Below, in pieces: positions 1 through 13,364 of a stretch of DNA of 64,000 bases. The translations under genes were made by a program, and so were the position numbers. The notes below the pieces were generated by a model. That model did not search any database. It saw nothing but the letters and a program-made list of their open reading frames with translations, and was not told where the DNA came from. Within the stretch, counting starts at the first letter, position 1; the number at the start of each line of letters is the position of its first letter. The DNA comes from the human T2T-CHM13v2.0 reference genome, Homo sapiens, in NCBI RefSeq assembly GCF_009914755.1, contig NC_060927.1; one strand, given 5' to 3'.

Positions 1-877
1 TATTGCTTGAATGATTGAACAAGGCTGTCTGTATAATGAGAGTTTCATCTCCAAAGACTTCGAATACCCTGGAGGCTAGTAATACGTGGTAAGCAATAAA
101 ACTTTATTTTTTCTTATTTATATCATAAAGATACTTAAAACAATATTAAAATGATCATAAAGATGAAATAAAAATGAGCCCATAGTCCCGCCACCCTAAA
201 CCAACAAATGTTTTCATTTCTTTTCCTCCTGGTCCTATTCAAAGGGCATCCATTTCCTTTACATAGCTGTATTCAGGGTGCATACAAAGAGAGAATTCTA
301 AATAGAACAGAGGTAACTGCCCAGTCAACAGGTTTTGTTTGTTTGTTTGTTTGTTTTTGCTCTTCCCCAAGATAGAGACACATTGGGCCATATCCTAATA
401 CTGAGACTTATTTTCTGCAATAAAATCTCCGTTAATTTAAAGCTTCTAAGCTGTTTAATACAGTCACCATCATTAGGAAATATCAGTGTAGTCTTCACCA
501 CTACTTCCTCTCCTTGGCTCAACACTGGAAGAAATTGCCTCTAGTGAAAGGAGATTGACTTCCAACATGAGAAGAAGGAAGAAAAGGAGAAGTGTGTGCT
601 AAATCTTGGACAGTTCTGGGGAACATCGTAGACCAACGTCACCTTGTCACGGTCCGACGTTAAGACATCATTAACAAGAGCTAACAACCAACATTGAAGT
701 TTTAACCTCATTCGTGAATTTATCTGATTATTATTTTGCTCCATTTAGCTCATCCAATTCTTTTCATTTTATCATGCACTCTTTTTATTTGTGTAGTCTG
801 AGTTGAACCTTTTCTAAAACAAGGTAGAAAATACATACATAATGCTTCAAAAAAATGTTTTCCATACTGCCAAATAG

Positions 878-1258
<381 letters not shown>

Positions 1259-1261
1259 TAA

Positions 1262-1609
<348 letters not shown>

Positions 1610-2439
1610 TAAACACCCAAACACCTTTCAATGTTATTAAATTTCAGAGTAATGACTTTTTGTCTATTTTCTATTTTAATAGCTGATAGATTAGTAGGTT
1701 TTCAAGCTATATTTTAAAATTTTATGTTCAGTTTCCTAACCACTGCCACATGTACACATAATTTATACTCTTACATTTTTGAAAGGGTTTATTATTTTAT
1801 GTGCTATAGTTATTGATCTGAATCAAATCTTTCTTACTTGATTCAACAGACTATAGTGGGAATAAAATGTGACTATTTACGAATGTTAACCACTGCTGTA
1901 ATTCATATGAAATCTGCCAAGCCTATTATATTAGGAATAATGTTATATATTTTATCTAAGAGTCTGATAACACCTACCTCAAGTCTAAATATTCTCTGAA
2001 AAATTTGTCAGAATAAAACAAGTGCCCTTAAATAATATTTTCAGGTATAACTGCAGACAGTTGCTTGTACATTTGTCTTTAACTTTAATACTGTCTCAAT
2101 ATGCATGAAACGCTTGATAGTTCAATAGTTGTTTTCATGAGTTGTGCCTTCATTAAGGTACAAAACATTAAACACCTGGAATGCTGCTCGAACTATTCCT
2201 AAGGGAGAAATTTTGGTGACAAATGAAAGGGATACATTTTTAAGCTGAAAAAGTTGCTCGCTACTGATAAAAGAATTTATATCAGAATATTCCAATAGAG
2301 CAGAAGAAAGCAACATGAAAAGAAAATTAACATTCATTAAGAAACAGCTACCATGGTGCGAAACAAAGATCACAAAGCCAAAACTGAACAACAATCAAAT
2401 TTCTACACAAAAAATAAGACACATACAATGCCTACAGTT

Positions 2440-2870
2440 CCGATTGTCTAATGCTGTGTAACAAACTACCCTAAAACTAAGTGACTTAAATAACGGTCAT
2501 TATGTACTGCCTCTTATGGTTTCTGGAGGGGGTGGTCAGGAATTTTGGATCATCTCAGTCAGAAGGTCTGGCTCTGAACTTTCATGACACTCCAGTCATA
2601 CCGTGGCTGAGACTAGGGCCATCTCAGTGGCTTCTATATGTATGCCTGAAACCTAAGCTAGGATTTGAATAGTTAGGGGCATCCCTCTCTGGCTCCTTAA
2701 GGTGTTTCCATGTGCTCTCTCCCACACGGTGGCTTCAAGGTAGCCAGACTTATCATATATTGCCTTGAGGTTCCCAAGACATATATCTCAAGCTAGAAAG
2801 AAAACCAAGAAAAGCCAAAGTTCCTTTAAGGACCTAGTCTTAAAACTCATTTGGCCTTACTTCTCCCATC
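2440..2870 (-). mobile_element. Old MaLR LTR (MLT1J/K/L-like)
   Basis: GCTGTGTAACAAACTACCCTAAAACTAAGTGACTTAAA...GGTCAGGAATTT matches the MLT1 reverse terminus; boundaries approximate. Confidence 0.75.
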
Positions 2871-3320
2871 ATCTGAGCAGCTCCACTTTTATCTGTTTCA
2901 TACATGGGGCTTTGGCATAAGAGCATGTTGACCAAAGGCTGTCAAAGTAACCAAACATAAAAAGTTTAAAAGCTAGTGGCTGGGATGAAGTCTAATGCCC
3001 CAAACTTCAACAAAGCTAGGTGATGGAAAAATACTGCTGAGGGGAAGGCTGCTTAGGTGATGGGCAAGAGAGTCCTTGGAGAATGCAGATAATCAAAACA
3101 GCACCTAATTAAGGTACAGATAATTGAGAGCTGGATTATCACTAAGATTGTATGTATAAAGATGCACTAAATATCTTATTTTCAATTTCTCTTATTTTTC
3201 TATACTGTTATAATAGAAATAATGTAATAACAGCAAAAGCAAAAAATAGTCCTATAAAGTGTTCACATGGTGAATTCAATACTTTCACACTGGGAAGATG
3301 ATGGTGGAAGATAGTATCTC

Positions 3321-3470
3321 AGGCAGTGCAGTCCAATGGAAGATCTTAGAACCAAATGTATTGAGTTGAAAACATTAATGCTGTCATTTCTGAGCCATCT
3401 TAACTTTGGCAAAGTAATTAACCTGTCAGAGTCTAAATGTCCTCATCTGTGAAATGGAAGAAATTATGAG
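3321..3470 (+). mobile_element. MIR fragment
   Basis: Core ACTTTGGCAAAGTAATTAACC...CCTCATCTGTGAAATGG. Confidence 0.7.
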
Positions 3471-3691
3471 TTCACAAATTTACACTGAAGAGTCACTGAT
3501 CCACCATTCTTTAATTCAGTCATAAAATATTTATGGAGAGCCAAATATATGCCAGGTATGATATGGTATGGAAATACAATAATGAGCCAAATGCCTACAA
3601 TAATCAATCACCAAACAAATGTTTATCTTAAGATGACACCCATAAACATGTCCAACAAAGATAGTGTCAAAAAATTGATGTCACCTAATGA

Positions 3692-4012
<321 letters not shown>

Positions 4013-5905
4013 TTTCCTTCTTTCTTGACCTTCCTTTCTTCATACCATAACTCAGTGATAATTAGTAGGGGGTGAAACAGAGCCATAATACATTCATTTG
4101 TGAATCTCCCCTGTCCTCCTCACACTTACCTTTTCTCTATTCCCTTCTCCCAAGCCTGGTTCTGGCTCTCTCATGCTTCAGAATCTGTGAAATTGGTTCG
4201 GAGGGCTTCAAGAGAACTGCGGAGGCTAAGCCTGTATCATAAAGATTTAGGACTAGGGGAGAGGAAGCGAACACAAAGAAAAGTTGGACCATGTAAGAAC
4301 TAGAAGGAGAGACTGGGGAGCTGGTCCTGGAGTGACTCCAGGGCACCAACATGTAGGGGAGAAATACTGCTGAGGGGAATGACATGATTTCTGTTTCTTT
4401 GAGAGATTCAAGACTGGATTTCCTTTTAATTAACATGGGGTGGCTGATCTATACTTCTTGAAGGCAACTCTAGGTGGGGGTAAACCACCTGGGGCCTCAA
4501 GATTTATTAGGACCTCACAATAGCAAACCTGTTGCTCCCCTAAAAGCTAGAAAGGGGGGTTTACAAAGGAGATAAACCACAGGTGTCAGATATGTATCCA
4601 AAACATCTCTCTGAAGGACTTTTCTCAATAAAAAAAAGCTACTGATGCATTTAAAATTAAGTAATAAAACAAGAAGTACCTGTGCATGAAATATTTTTAC
4701 ATCTCCCACCTCCAACCCTGAAGCCATCCTATTAGCAACCTACCCTATGATCCTGACATGACCCGACAGAAGGAGACTTGCAGATCCAACTGCTCCTCAG
4801 AGTCTCACTTGCACAGGGGGCATTTTCAACATGTCCAGGGAGCATTTGCTGCCTTGATAATGACCTTTGAGGAGAGGAAACCAACTCAGAAGTACCTTCA
4901 TCCTCCTTTTAGTTTGTCTTTTATGTTTTTTTCTTGAGCCAATGACTTCTTTCAGACAGCAATAATTTACACTTCAGGAAAATGTCAAAGTATAGCAATG
5001 CCCTGAATAATAATTACCGCCAAGGTTGGAATGAAGCCTTTCGAAGAAATGCTAAGTTAATTAGCCACACACTTGTTTACCATTAGGCCAGTGGAGAAAA
5101 CAAGGAGCACAGGATCAGAACATGCCTGCAACATATGGTCTTTATTAATGGCGGCATCTCAATTAGTCTATGGGACCCCACTTCTGTCAACCCAGAGATG
5201 ATCTGAATAAAGAAGGAGAAGAAATGTTCACAAAGCTGTCATGGGGAGAAGATGCTACCTGAGACCACTCAGGACACCCACAAAAGAAACTTGGATTTCT
5301 GTTGTTTTCTGTCATACCTTCATACATGAAATTGCCTCTTTTAATCTTTCCACAATGCATTTGTTTTGGGACAAAGGTCAAGAGAAGGGCAGATTAGGAA
5401 ATAAGGAGGTTTACCCATTATTACCAAAAATCTATTTAAAAAATCATGTTTCCATGAATATCTCAATTTATCCCTTCTAATTCTTATTCTCATTTCTGAA
5501 ATATATACTTTGTTTAGCTTTTTGGAAAAATCCACATTTTAAAGAAGTATACAATAAAAAAATAATACTCCTTATTTACATGCTTCTGCAATCATGGCCG
5601 CCTTTCCACAGAACACTCTCAGACGAAGGCCCTTTTGTGCCGGCCTACTTAGATGTTACCAAAGGTGTACAAAAACGCATCTCTTGCAGATGGCTGGAAG
5701 ATAGCTCTGAGCTCTTTGTGTTCAATCAATCCCCCAGGAAAAGGCATTAGAAATTTATTAGAAGCAGCTCCCTGTTCTCCTCAGTTTCTGAGCTTGGAAA
5801 AAGCACACTACACTGAAAAAGCATTTTGAATGGAAAATGTAACCTGAAGTATCTTACTTTTTTCTTTCCTCCATAGTCCTACCATCGATATATCCTTTGT
5901 AGGAC

Positions 5906-6332
5906 TCTATTAGTTTGCTAGGACGAGCATAACAAAATACCAAGTACCACAAACTGGCTGGCTTAGAAAAGAGACATGTACGATCCCACAGTTCTGAGGA
6001 CAGGGGCCTAAACCAATGGGTCACCAGGGTTGGTTCCTTCTGAGGACTGTGAAGGAGGATGTGTTCCAGGACTCTCTCCTTGGCTTGTGGATGGCTGTCT
6101 TCTTGATGGATTTCCTCACACTGTCTTCCCTCTTTGCTTGTCTGTTGCTATGTCTAAATTTCCCTTTCTTTAAGAATACAAGTCATATTGCACTAGGGCC
6201 CACCCCAGTGACCTCATCTTAACCTGATTACCTCTGTAAAGGCCGTCTCCAGATACACTCACATTCAGAGGCACTAGGGATTAGGACTTCAACTTATCTT
6301 TCTTTGCAAGGGATACAATTCAACCCATAACA
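5906..6332 (-). mobile_element. MLT1A/B-type MaLR solo LTR
   Basis: Starts TATTAGTTTGCTAGG..CATAACAAAATACC, ends ACAATTCAACCCATAACA. Confidence 0.88.
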
Positions 6333-6929
6333 GAGATGAGTAAAAAAAAAAGATATTAATGTTCAAAAAATTAAGTAACCAAACATAAAAACTTTAAAAG
6401 CTAGTGGCTGGGATAATGTCTAATGCCCCAAAGCGGAAAGGTACCATTGTCACATATTTCAAAGAGGAAAGGTACCATTGCCACCTATTTCCCTGGCTGT
6501 TTGTTACCTTGATGAAGTGTCTACTGTGGCAAGGCATTATGCATGGCACTGGGCAACAGAGGGAAAAAAACATGGAGCCTCTATGCTCATGAATTTACCC
6601 TCTCCTTTTATGCCAGCCTTTTCAACCTGGGGGAAAGTGGACTGGCTAGAGTACTAATCAAGCTGTGAAGGACTTTGGGCTTCTACTTCATTCTCCCTTG
6701 CATTGACAGCTGGACAGTTAAAAGCAGCAACACCAACAGCTGCACAGCACCCAACTCATCAACCCACAACAACGGTGACATCACCTAAGTTAGCATGGAA
6801 GTGGCCAGTCTGCTTTTGCCAATTCTTTGGGACATTAAACCCATGATAATACTTTTAATATAATTCTGTGTGAACCAATAATGATGACAAACTATTCTTC
6901 TTGCCTGGTTGGAGATAATAAGTAACAAT

Positions 6930-7150
6930 ACCTCCTATTTTCTACGAACTGTACTTTTTTTCTAGCACCGTGCCAGGCACTTACCATGATAATTTTATGC
7001 CATTTTCACAAGGTGAGACTGATATTACTAGCTCCATTTTACAGATGGAGAGATTACATGTCTTGCTAAAGCTACCAGCTAATACAGAGTAAAGGTTAAA
7101 TCTGAAATCAAGGTGTCTAGAAAATCAACCCCATGCTCTTGAGCCTTACA
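6930..7150 (-). mobile_element. MIR fragment
   Basis: GTGCCAGGCAC...CCATTTTACAGATGGAG core. Confidence 0.7.
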
Positions 7151-7232
7151 CAATAGTGTCTCTTTCAACCTTTTGAACCTGAGCACTTATGACAACTGCC
7201 CAGTATATGTGTACACATATTCTGTGCATGTT

Positions 7233-7263
7233 ATAGATAGATAGACAGATAGATAGATAGATA
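7233..7263. repeat. (GATA)n tetranucleotide microsatellite with one GACA interruption
   Basis: ATAGATAGATAGACAGATAGATAGATAGATA. Confidence 0.95.
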
Positions 7264-8640
7264 AAATATCTATTTTCTCCCCCCAAAATCTATGACTAAT
7301 GCAATAAACCTCCCACTGATTAGACAGTTATGGCTTTTTCTCACATCTCCATCAGTGACATAACATATTAAGCAAAAAAGTCCGACCCAGCTGATTAGTA
7401 TTTGATGTGCTGAAGAGCCTAATGTTTCTTTATATGAAACATCAGACAGTGGCAGCCTACTTAATTACTAGGTTGACTTTATGTCTTCAAAATAATAAAA
7501 CAGAATAATCCAAACGACAGGCCAACGTGGTGAGTGATATTTGAACATCTACTCGACCCTAAAACTGTTAAAGCAAAAGTACTTATCCAAAATCCAATAC
7601 TTTCCATTTTTCTTTTAAATGTTGTAAGTCAAAACCAGCTAAATTGATTTTTTGCCTTTGACTTCTGCTGAAAAGTTCATTCCTAAGCAGATTACATGTG
7701 TGGCTTTGCAGCTCAGAGGAAATTTTACAGCCAAGTAAAACCCTAAAATCAGGAAAACATGGGTTTGCTGAATACAGTAGAAAGACGTGACAGATCTTAA
7801 TTATAAAAGAACAAATATATCTTGATAGATGAACTGTCTTTTGTGAATTAAGACTCAAAAGTTTTAACTCCTTGATTAACCGTTACCCATTAGTAATATA
7901 GAAAGTTGTGAGGCAACGTCTTCAAACTTCTAAGTAGAACAGAGCACTCCCAAAGCATGCAGAACCCCCTGTAACATCACTCAACGCATTTTCAGCATGA
8001 GTGCCCAGGGTAAGCCTTCCTCACAATGTTGCAAAGCAAATCGTGTCCCTCATTCCCTTTTCTACTCCCAGCACTCCTTGGTTAAGTGTTTTAACAGGGT
8101 AAGTGATGACGGTACAGGAAGAGAAGAAGGAAGAGGAGGAGAAAGAACAACAATGATATCATGGTAAAGGCCTGTAGAAATTGATCTACCAGACAAAACT
8201 CAAGAGCTCATATGATACAGGATTTTGCTTGCACATGGTCACAATTAAATAAATGATGAAAATGAGACTCAAATCTAGATTGTATACCTCATTCCACTGT
8301 TACAAGCTTTCTTCTAAATGAGGAATCATCAAAACCAAACAGAAGTGTCTATCTTAGGTCACCTTACCCTCTTTTCTGATTGTTGAAATTAAGGCAGTGC
8401 AAGAAACCTGGGGAGACACTGGAAAGTGTCCCCATGCCAAGCCCTGTGAGCACAATGAGCTCATGAAAGAAAAGCCCAGAGCCAACAACTAATAATCGTG
8501 CTTAAAACTCATCATTTAAGAATTTCAAAATAAACACTGATCAATTGAAGTTATTTTGACCCAAAGTCTTACGTACCTTCTTTTGCTTGTCCATATTGGC
8601 CATCATAAAAAACAGCAAAAAAAAGAAAGAAAGAAACAAA

Positions 8641-9185
8641 GATGGGGAGTTGTTGCTTAATGGGTATACAGTTTCAGTTTCGTAAGATGAGTGAGTTCTG
8701 AAGATCTGTTGCACAGTAATGTGAGTATGTTTAACACTACAGAACTGTACACTTAAAATGGTTAAAATGATGTATTATTCCATTAACTTAAAATGGTTAA
8801 AATGATGTATTATTCTCAGGTATGATAAAGACATACCTGAGACTGGGCAATTTACAAAAGAAAGAGGTTTAATGGACTTACAGTTCCACATGGCTGGGGA
8901 GGCCTCACAATCATGGCAGAAGACAAGGAGGAGCAAGTCACTTCTTACATGGATGGCAGCAGGCAAAGAGAGAGTTTGTGCAGGGAAACTCCCCCTTACA
9001 AAACCATCAGATCTTATGAGACTCACCCACCATCATGAGAACAGCTTGGGAAAGACCTGCCCCCATGATTCAATTACCTCCCACTGTATCCCTCCCACAA
9101 CACGTGAGATTTGGGTGGGGACACAGCCAAACAATATCAAATGATAAATTTTATGTTTTTTTAATGGAAAATAAAATTTAAAAGA
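8641..9185 (+). mobile_element. L1M (L1MA/MB) 3' end, interrupted by THE1
   Basis: ATGGGGAGTTGTTGCTTAATGGGTATACAGTTTCAG...ACTGTACACTTAAAATGGTTAAAATG, resuming TAAATTTTATG after the THE1. Confidence 0.85.
8771..9139 (-). mobile_element. THE1A/B solo LTR (MaLR)
   Basis: GATAAAGACATACCTGAGACTGGG...GGGACACAGCCAAACAATATCA; 5-bp TSD AATGA (8766-8770 / 9140-9144). Confidence 0.95.
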
Positions 9186-9261
9186 AGGAAAAAGAATTCT
9201 CTCCCCTTCCCTCTCTCCCTACCTCCCTACCTTGCTTTCTCCCCTCCAGGGAAGACATGTG

Positions 9262-9530
9262 CCTCCAGGATGGAAACAAATGGATTGATCTGGAAAATAC
9301 TTAGGAGGCAGAACTGAAAAAATTTGAATGTGAGGATGAGAAACAGGGAGATCATGGGTGATTTCCAAGTCTCTGGATCAACTGAAATGGAGAATGGATA
9401 AGGAGGAACACCTGGAGGAGAGCACGCTTGGAAAGGCATGGTGAGTTTCATCTAACTAGAGATCACCAGCAGGAGTCTGCCCTGTCCATCTGGAGCCCAG
9501 GAAGGAGGGTTAGGGTGGAGATTCTGTACA
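9262..9530 (-). mobile_element. L2 fragment
   Basis: Purine-rich L2-like segment (TTAGGAGGCAGAACTG...GATTTCCAAGTCTCTGG...GTGAGTTTCA). Confidence 0.6.
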
Positions 9531-11234
9531 TTTCTACAGCCAACTCTAATTTTTGGTTACAATCAAAGCCTATGCCCTTCTAAAACCTTTTTCTTCCATC
9601 ACTAATGATCAGCTGTGTTTCCAGAAGTATGAATGGATTTATCCTATATTTCTGCCTAATATTTCATATATGAATACTTCTAGGCAGGCATTGGGTCATA
9701 TGTGTAAAACGAAAGCAAGTACTTAACACAATAGACCATTCAATAAAGCTGCTTTTCACATGCTTCATTTACTACTTTCCATTGCCTTTTTCGCAAGCAA
9801 TTACCATCTCACACATGCCCAGTTTCACCATTCTGCAGAACCAAATGTTGAATTTAGGCAAACATAGGGTGTTCAATAAACAGGTGGATTTTGAACAGAA
9901 CACCAATGAATTCAGGAAGCACGGTCAACCAGCTGCGTCTGTCAATGGAATAATCAGTAGCTGGCTGCATCTGTGCTGGCTGGGCTGCCATCGGTGTTTA
10001 CAAGCTGGAATTGAAGAGGGCTCGGCCAGCTGACAGCAGAAGTTTGCGCAGCACCTGTCTAAAGTATATATGACTGCCTCCAGGCAATCCCATTAGTTCT
10101 CCACTTTCATGGACACTAGGACTTGTTCACAAATTTAGGGGGAAAAATAAAAAAGACAAACAGAGCTAGCCTCTGACTGAGAAAGGACACCTGAAAGAGA
10201 AACAATCCCATATGGAGAAACAGAACAAGGGGGTGAGAATGAGAAAGACAAGAAATCACTCAAGAAAGCCAGTAATGTTTACAGATAGTAGAAAAATTTT
10301 GTCTGTAAACAGTGGGCTTGGTAGCATTTTTTTAAATCAGAGATGTTCTGGAGAAATATGTAAAGAACTCAGCCCAAGCTTTCTGATGCCAGGCAGGGCA
10401 TAAGTAGTTTACATGGAACCTTCTGACTTGTTTATCTGACATAGTAAACAGCTTTCTCTGATCCCACTGTCCCTTTTACGCATTACAAGATAACAAAAAG
10501 TTATGCGATTTTAGGAAATCAAGTATATAAACAGGGCTATTCTCAGCACATCCACTGAATATTAAGTGCCCACTTTTATCTGCTAGAACTTGATGTGTGA
10601 AGGTAACCAACTTAAATGCACTGAAGAGATTGCATTCACACAGTGAATAGTGACATTTTGCTAGGAATTTGTTAAATTTTATAATGCAAGCATACTGCCG
10701 TAATGTTCCACAAAACGTAACAGTCGGTGCACAGCAATACTGCCCTCTGGTTTGTGAGGGCTATTTCCATCCTCAATTCATTCTAGCAGGAAGAAGAAAT
10801 TAAAGATATGATAGAATGCTATCCACATTGTTATAATGCTGGTTCTTTCTGAGGTTAGTGGTCACACACAGTGCTATAGAGGCGGTTGTTCTTTCTTGTG
10901 CCTGTAACTGCTGAGGTTAATCTCTCAGTGCTTCCAAATGCATATGGACATTTACACATATGGACACTGACCAATCCTAAAAGAAAACTCAGGATAAATC
11001 ATGTTCAACTTCAAAAGTCCAGCAGCTAATTCAAAGCCATGCTCTTGTAGAAGGAGCCATTGAAAACAACAGAGAAACCAGACAACAGTCTTTAACGTCT
11101 TATCTTTGTTTATGATTCTTAAGACCACACCTGGCGTGAACCGATATGCTAGGTCACCCTGGTTCCTCAGGTGCATTAGGCATATGTGAGCAGTGAAACT
11201 ATGACAACCAGAATGCAACATCCAATTATAATGA

Positions 11235-11430
11235 TTAGAATAACAACAAACACTTAGGCAATAATTATTTCCATTCATTCACTTCATCTCCCCAATAACT
11301 CTACGAGGTAAGTACAATTATTATTCCCCACTTCATGGACCACTCAGTGCCATACTAAGAGTCCCAGAGCCAGTAACGAGCAGACTAGATTTAAGATCAA
11401 CCCCATCTGACTTAGGGGTTCTGCTCTTAC
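11235..11430 (-). mobile_element. MIR fragment
   Basis: CAATAACTCTACGAGGTAAGTACAATTATTATTCCCCAC...CCATCTGACT. Confidence 0.65.
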
Positions 11431-11475
11431 TGTTGTTCTGTACCTAAAGCTATCTGATGTATTTTAAAATGTAGG

Positions 11476-12158
<683 letters not shown>

Positions 12159-12854
12159 GCAGGTGTGTTAACGTTCTACAAAACGCAACGGTGGGTGAAT
12201 TGTAGGACTTCCCTCTGCTTTATGAGGGCTTAATTGTATAGGGCCTTATTTTGGATCTTTCCACATTCAACAAGTTCTGAGAATGTGATACTTGGAAACC
12301 ACGTTCATCAGAAGAGTGAAAGGCTTTCAGGTAAACGTCCTTTGATCTTTTTCACCGTGATGCCCTCCGATGACATTAACTGTGGTAGTAACCAGCATCA
12401 TTCAGTTGCTGTTTTAGAAGGAACTTAAAAATGGAAGATTTGAAAACATGATTGTGAAACCATAATTTTGCACTGAGTCCAGTATTAACAGTTTTTCAAC
12501 AGAGTTAACTCTTGCTGCTTTTTGTTTTAACCCTGAGTGTCTAGAACTGAGTTGGGCAAGCTCCTTAACCCACAGCACACCAGCAGCCTAGAACTCTCCA
12601 AGATGTCACTTGGATTTTCCTTCTGACCTGCCTTTCCTGATCCCTTGCTACCTCACCCTATAGACATAGGCTTACTTTTCCCTAATATTTTCCTGTACTT
12701 TAACGCATAGCTGTGTTTTTATGAAAAATAAAATACTGGGGTTTTATGCTCAACTTATTTAAATGATATTTCACTATAAATTATGTTCTTCTTCTATTTG
12801 TTTACATCATTATGCTTTTGAAAACCACCAGAATATGTATGTGTACCTCTGGAT

Positions 12855-13364
12855 CTAAGCTGTTAAACATAGTAGCCACTAGCCACATGCAGCTACCGGG
12901 CATTTGAAATACGGCTAATGCAAGTGGAAAACTAAATTTGTAATTTTAATTTATCTTTAATTTAAATTTGAAAACTTGTATCTTAATTATGAGAATACTT
13001 TTAAATATTTTTGGAATATCTTGATGAATCTTCTTTTTTCAGTTGTACATTTTATAAAACTTAAATATGAATCAATCAGTTCCAATGAAAATTTAGCCTC
13101 TGATTTAAGATGTACTATAAAATACACATCAGATACTGAAAATAGTACAAAATAGGAATGTAAAACATATCAGTAAGTTTTATGTTGATGATATACTGAA
13201 ATACTACTTTACATATATTAAATAAAATACAGCATTAACATGATCACCTAATTCTTTAAATTTAAAAAAGTAAAAATAAATTTTCTTGGTACTTTTTTGT
13301 GTGGCTACTAAAAATCTTTAAATTACACATGTGGTTCACATTATACTTCTACCAGACAGGGGTG
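12855..13364. mobile_element. hAT-Charlie (MER33/Charlie5-related) internally deleted DNA transposon
   Basis: GTAGCCACTAGCCACATG and GTGGCTAC...AATTACACATGTGG subterminal motifs, degenerate TIRs, remnant of the transposase C-terminus at 13026-13155. Confidence 0.85.

Noticed and set aside
2150-2400. Peptide LLIKEFISEYSNR..KLTFIKK vaguely like a Tc1/mariner N-terminus
   Set aside because: Too short and degenerate, no TIRs found; needs a Dfam search
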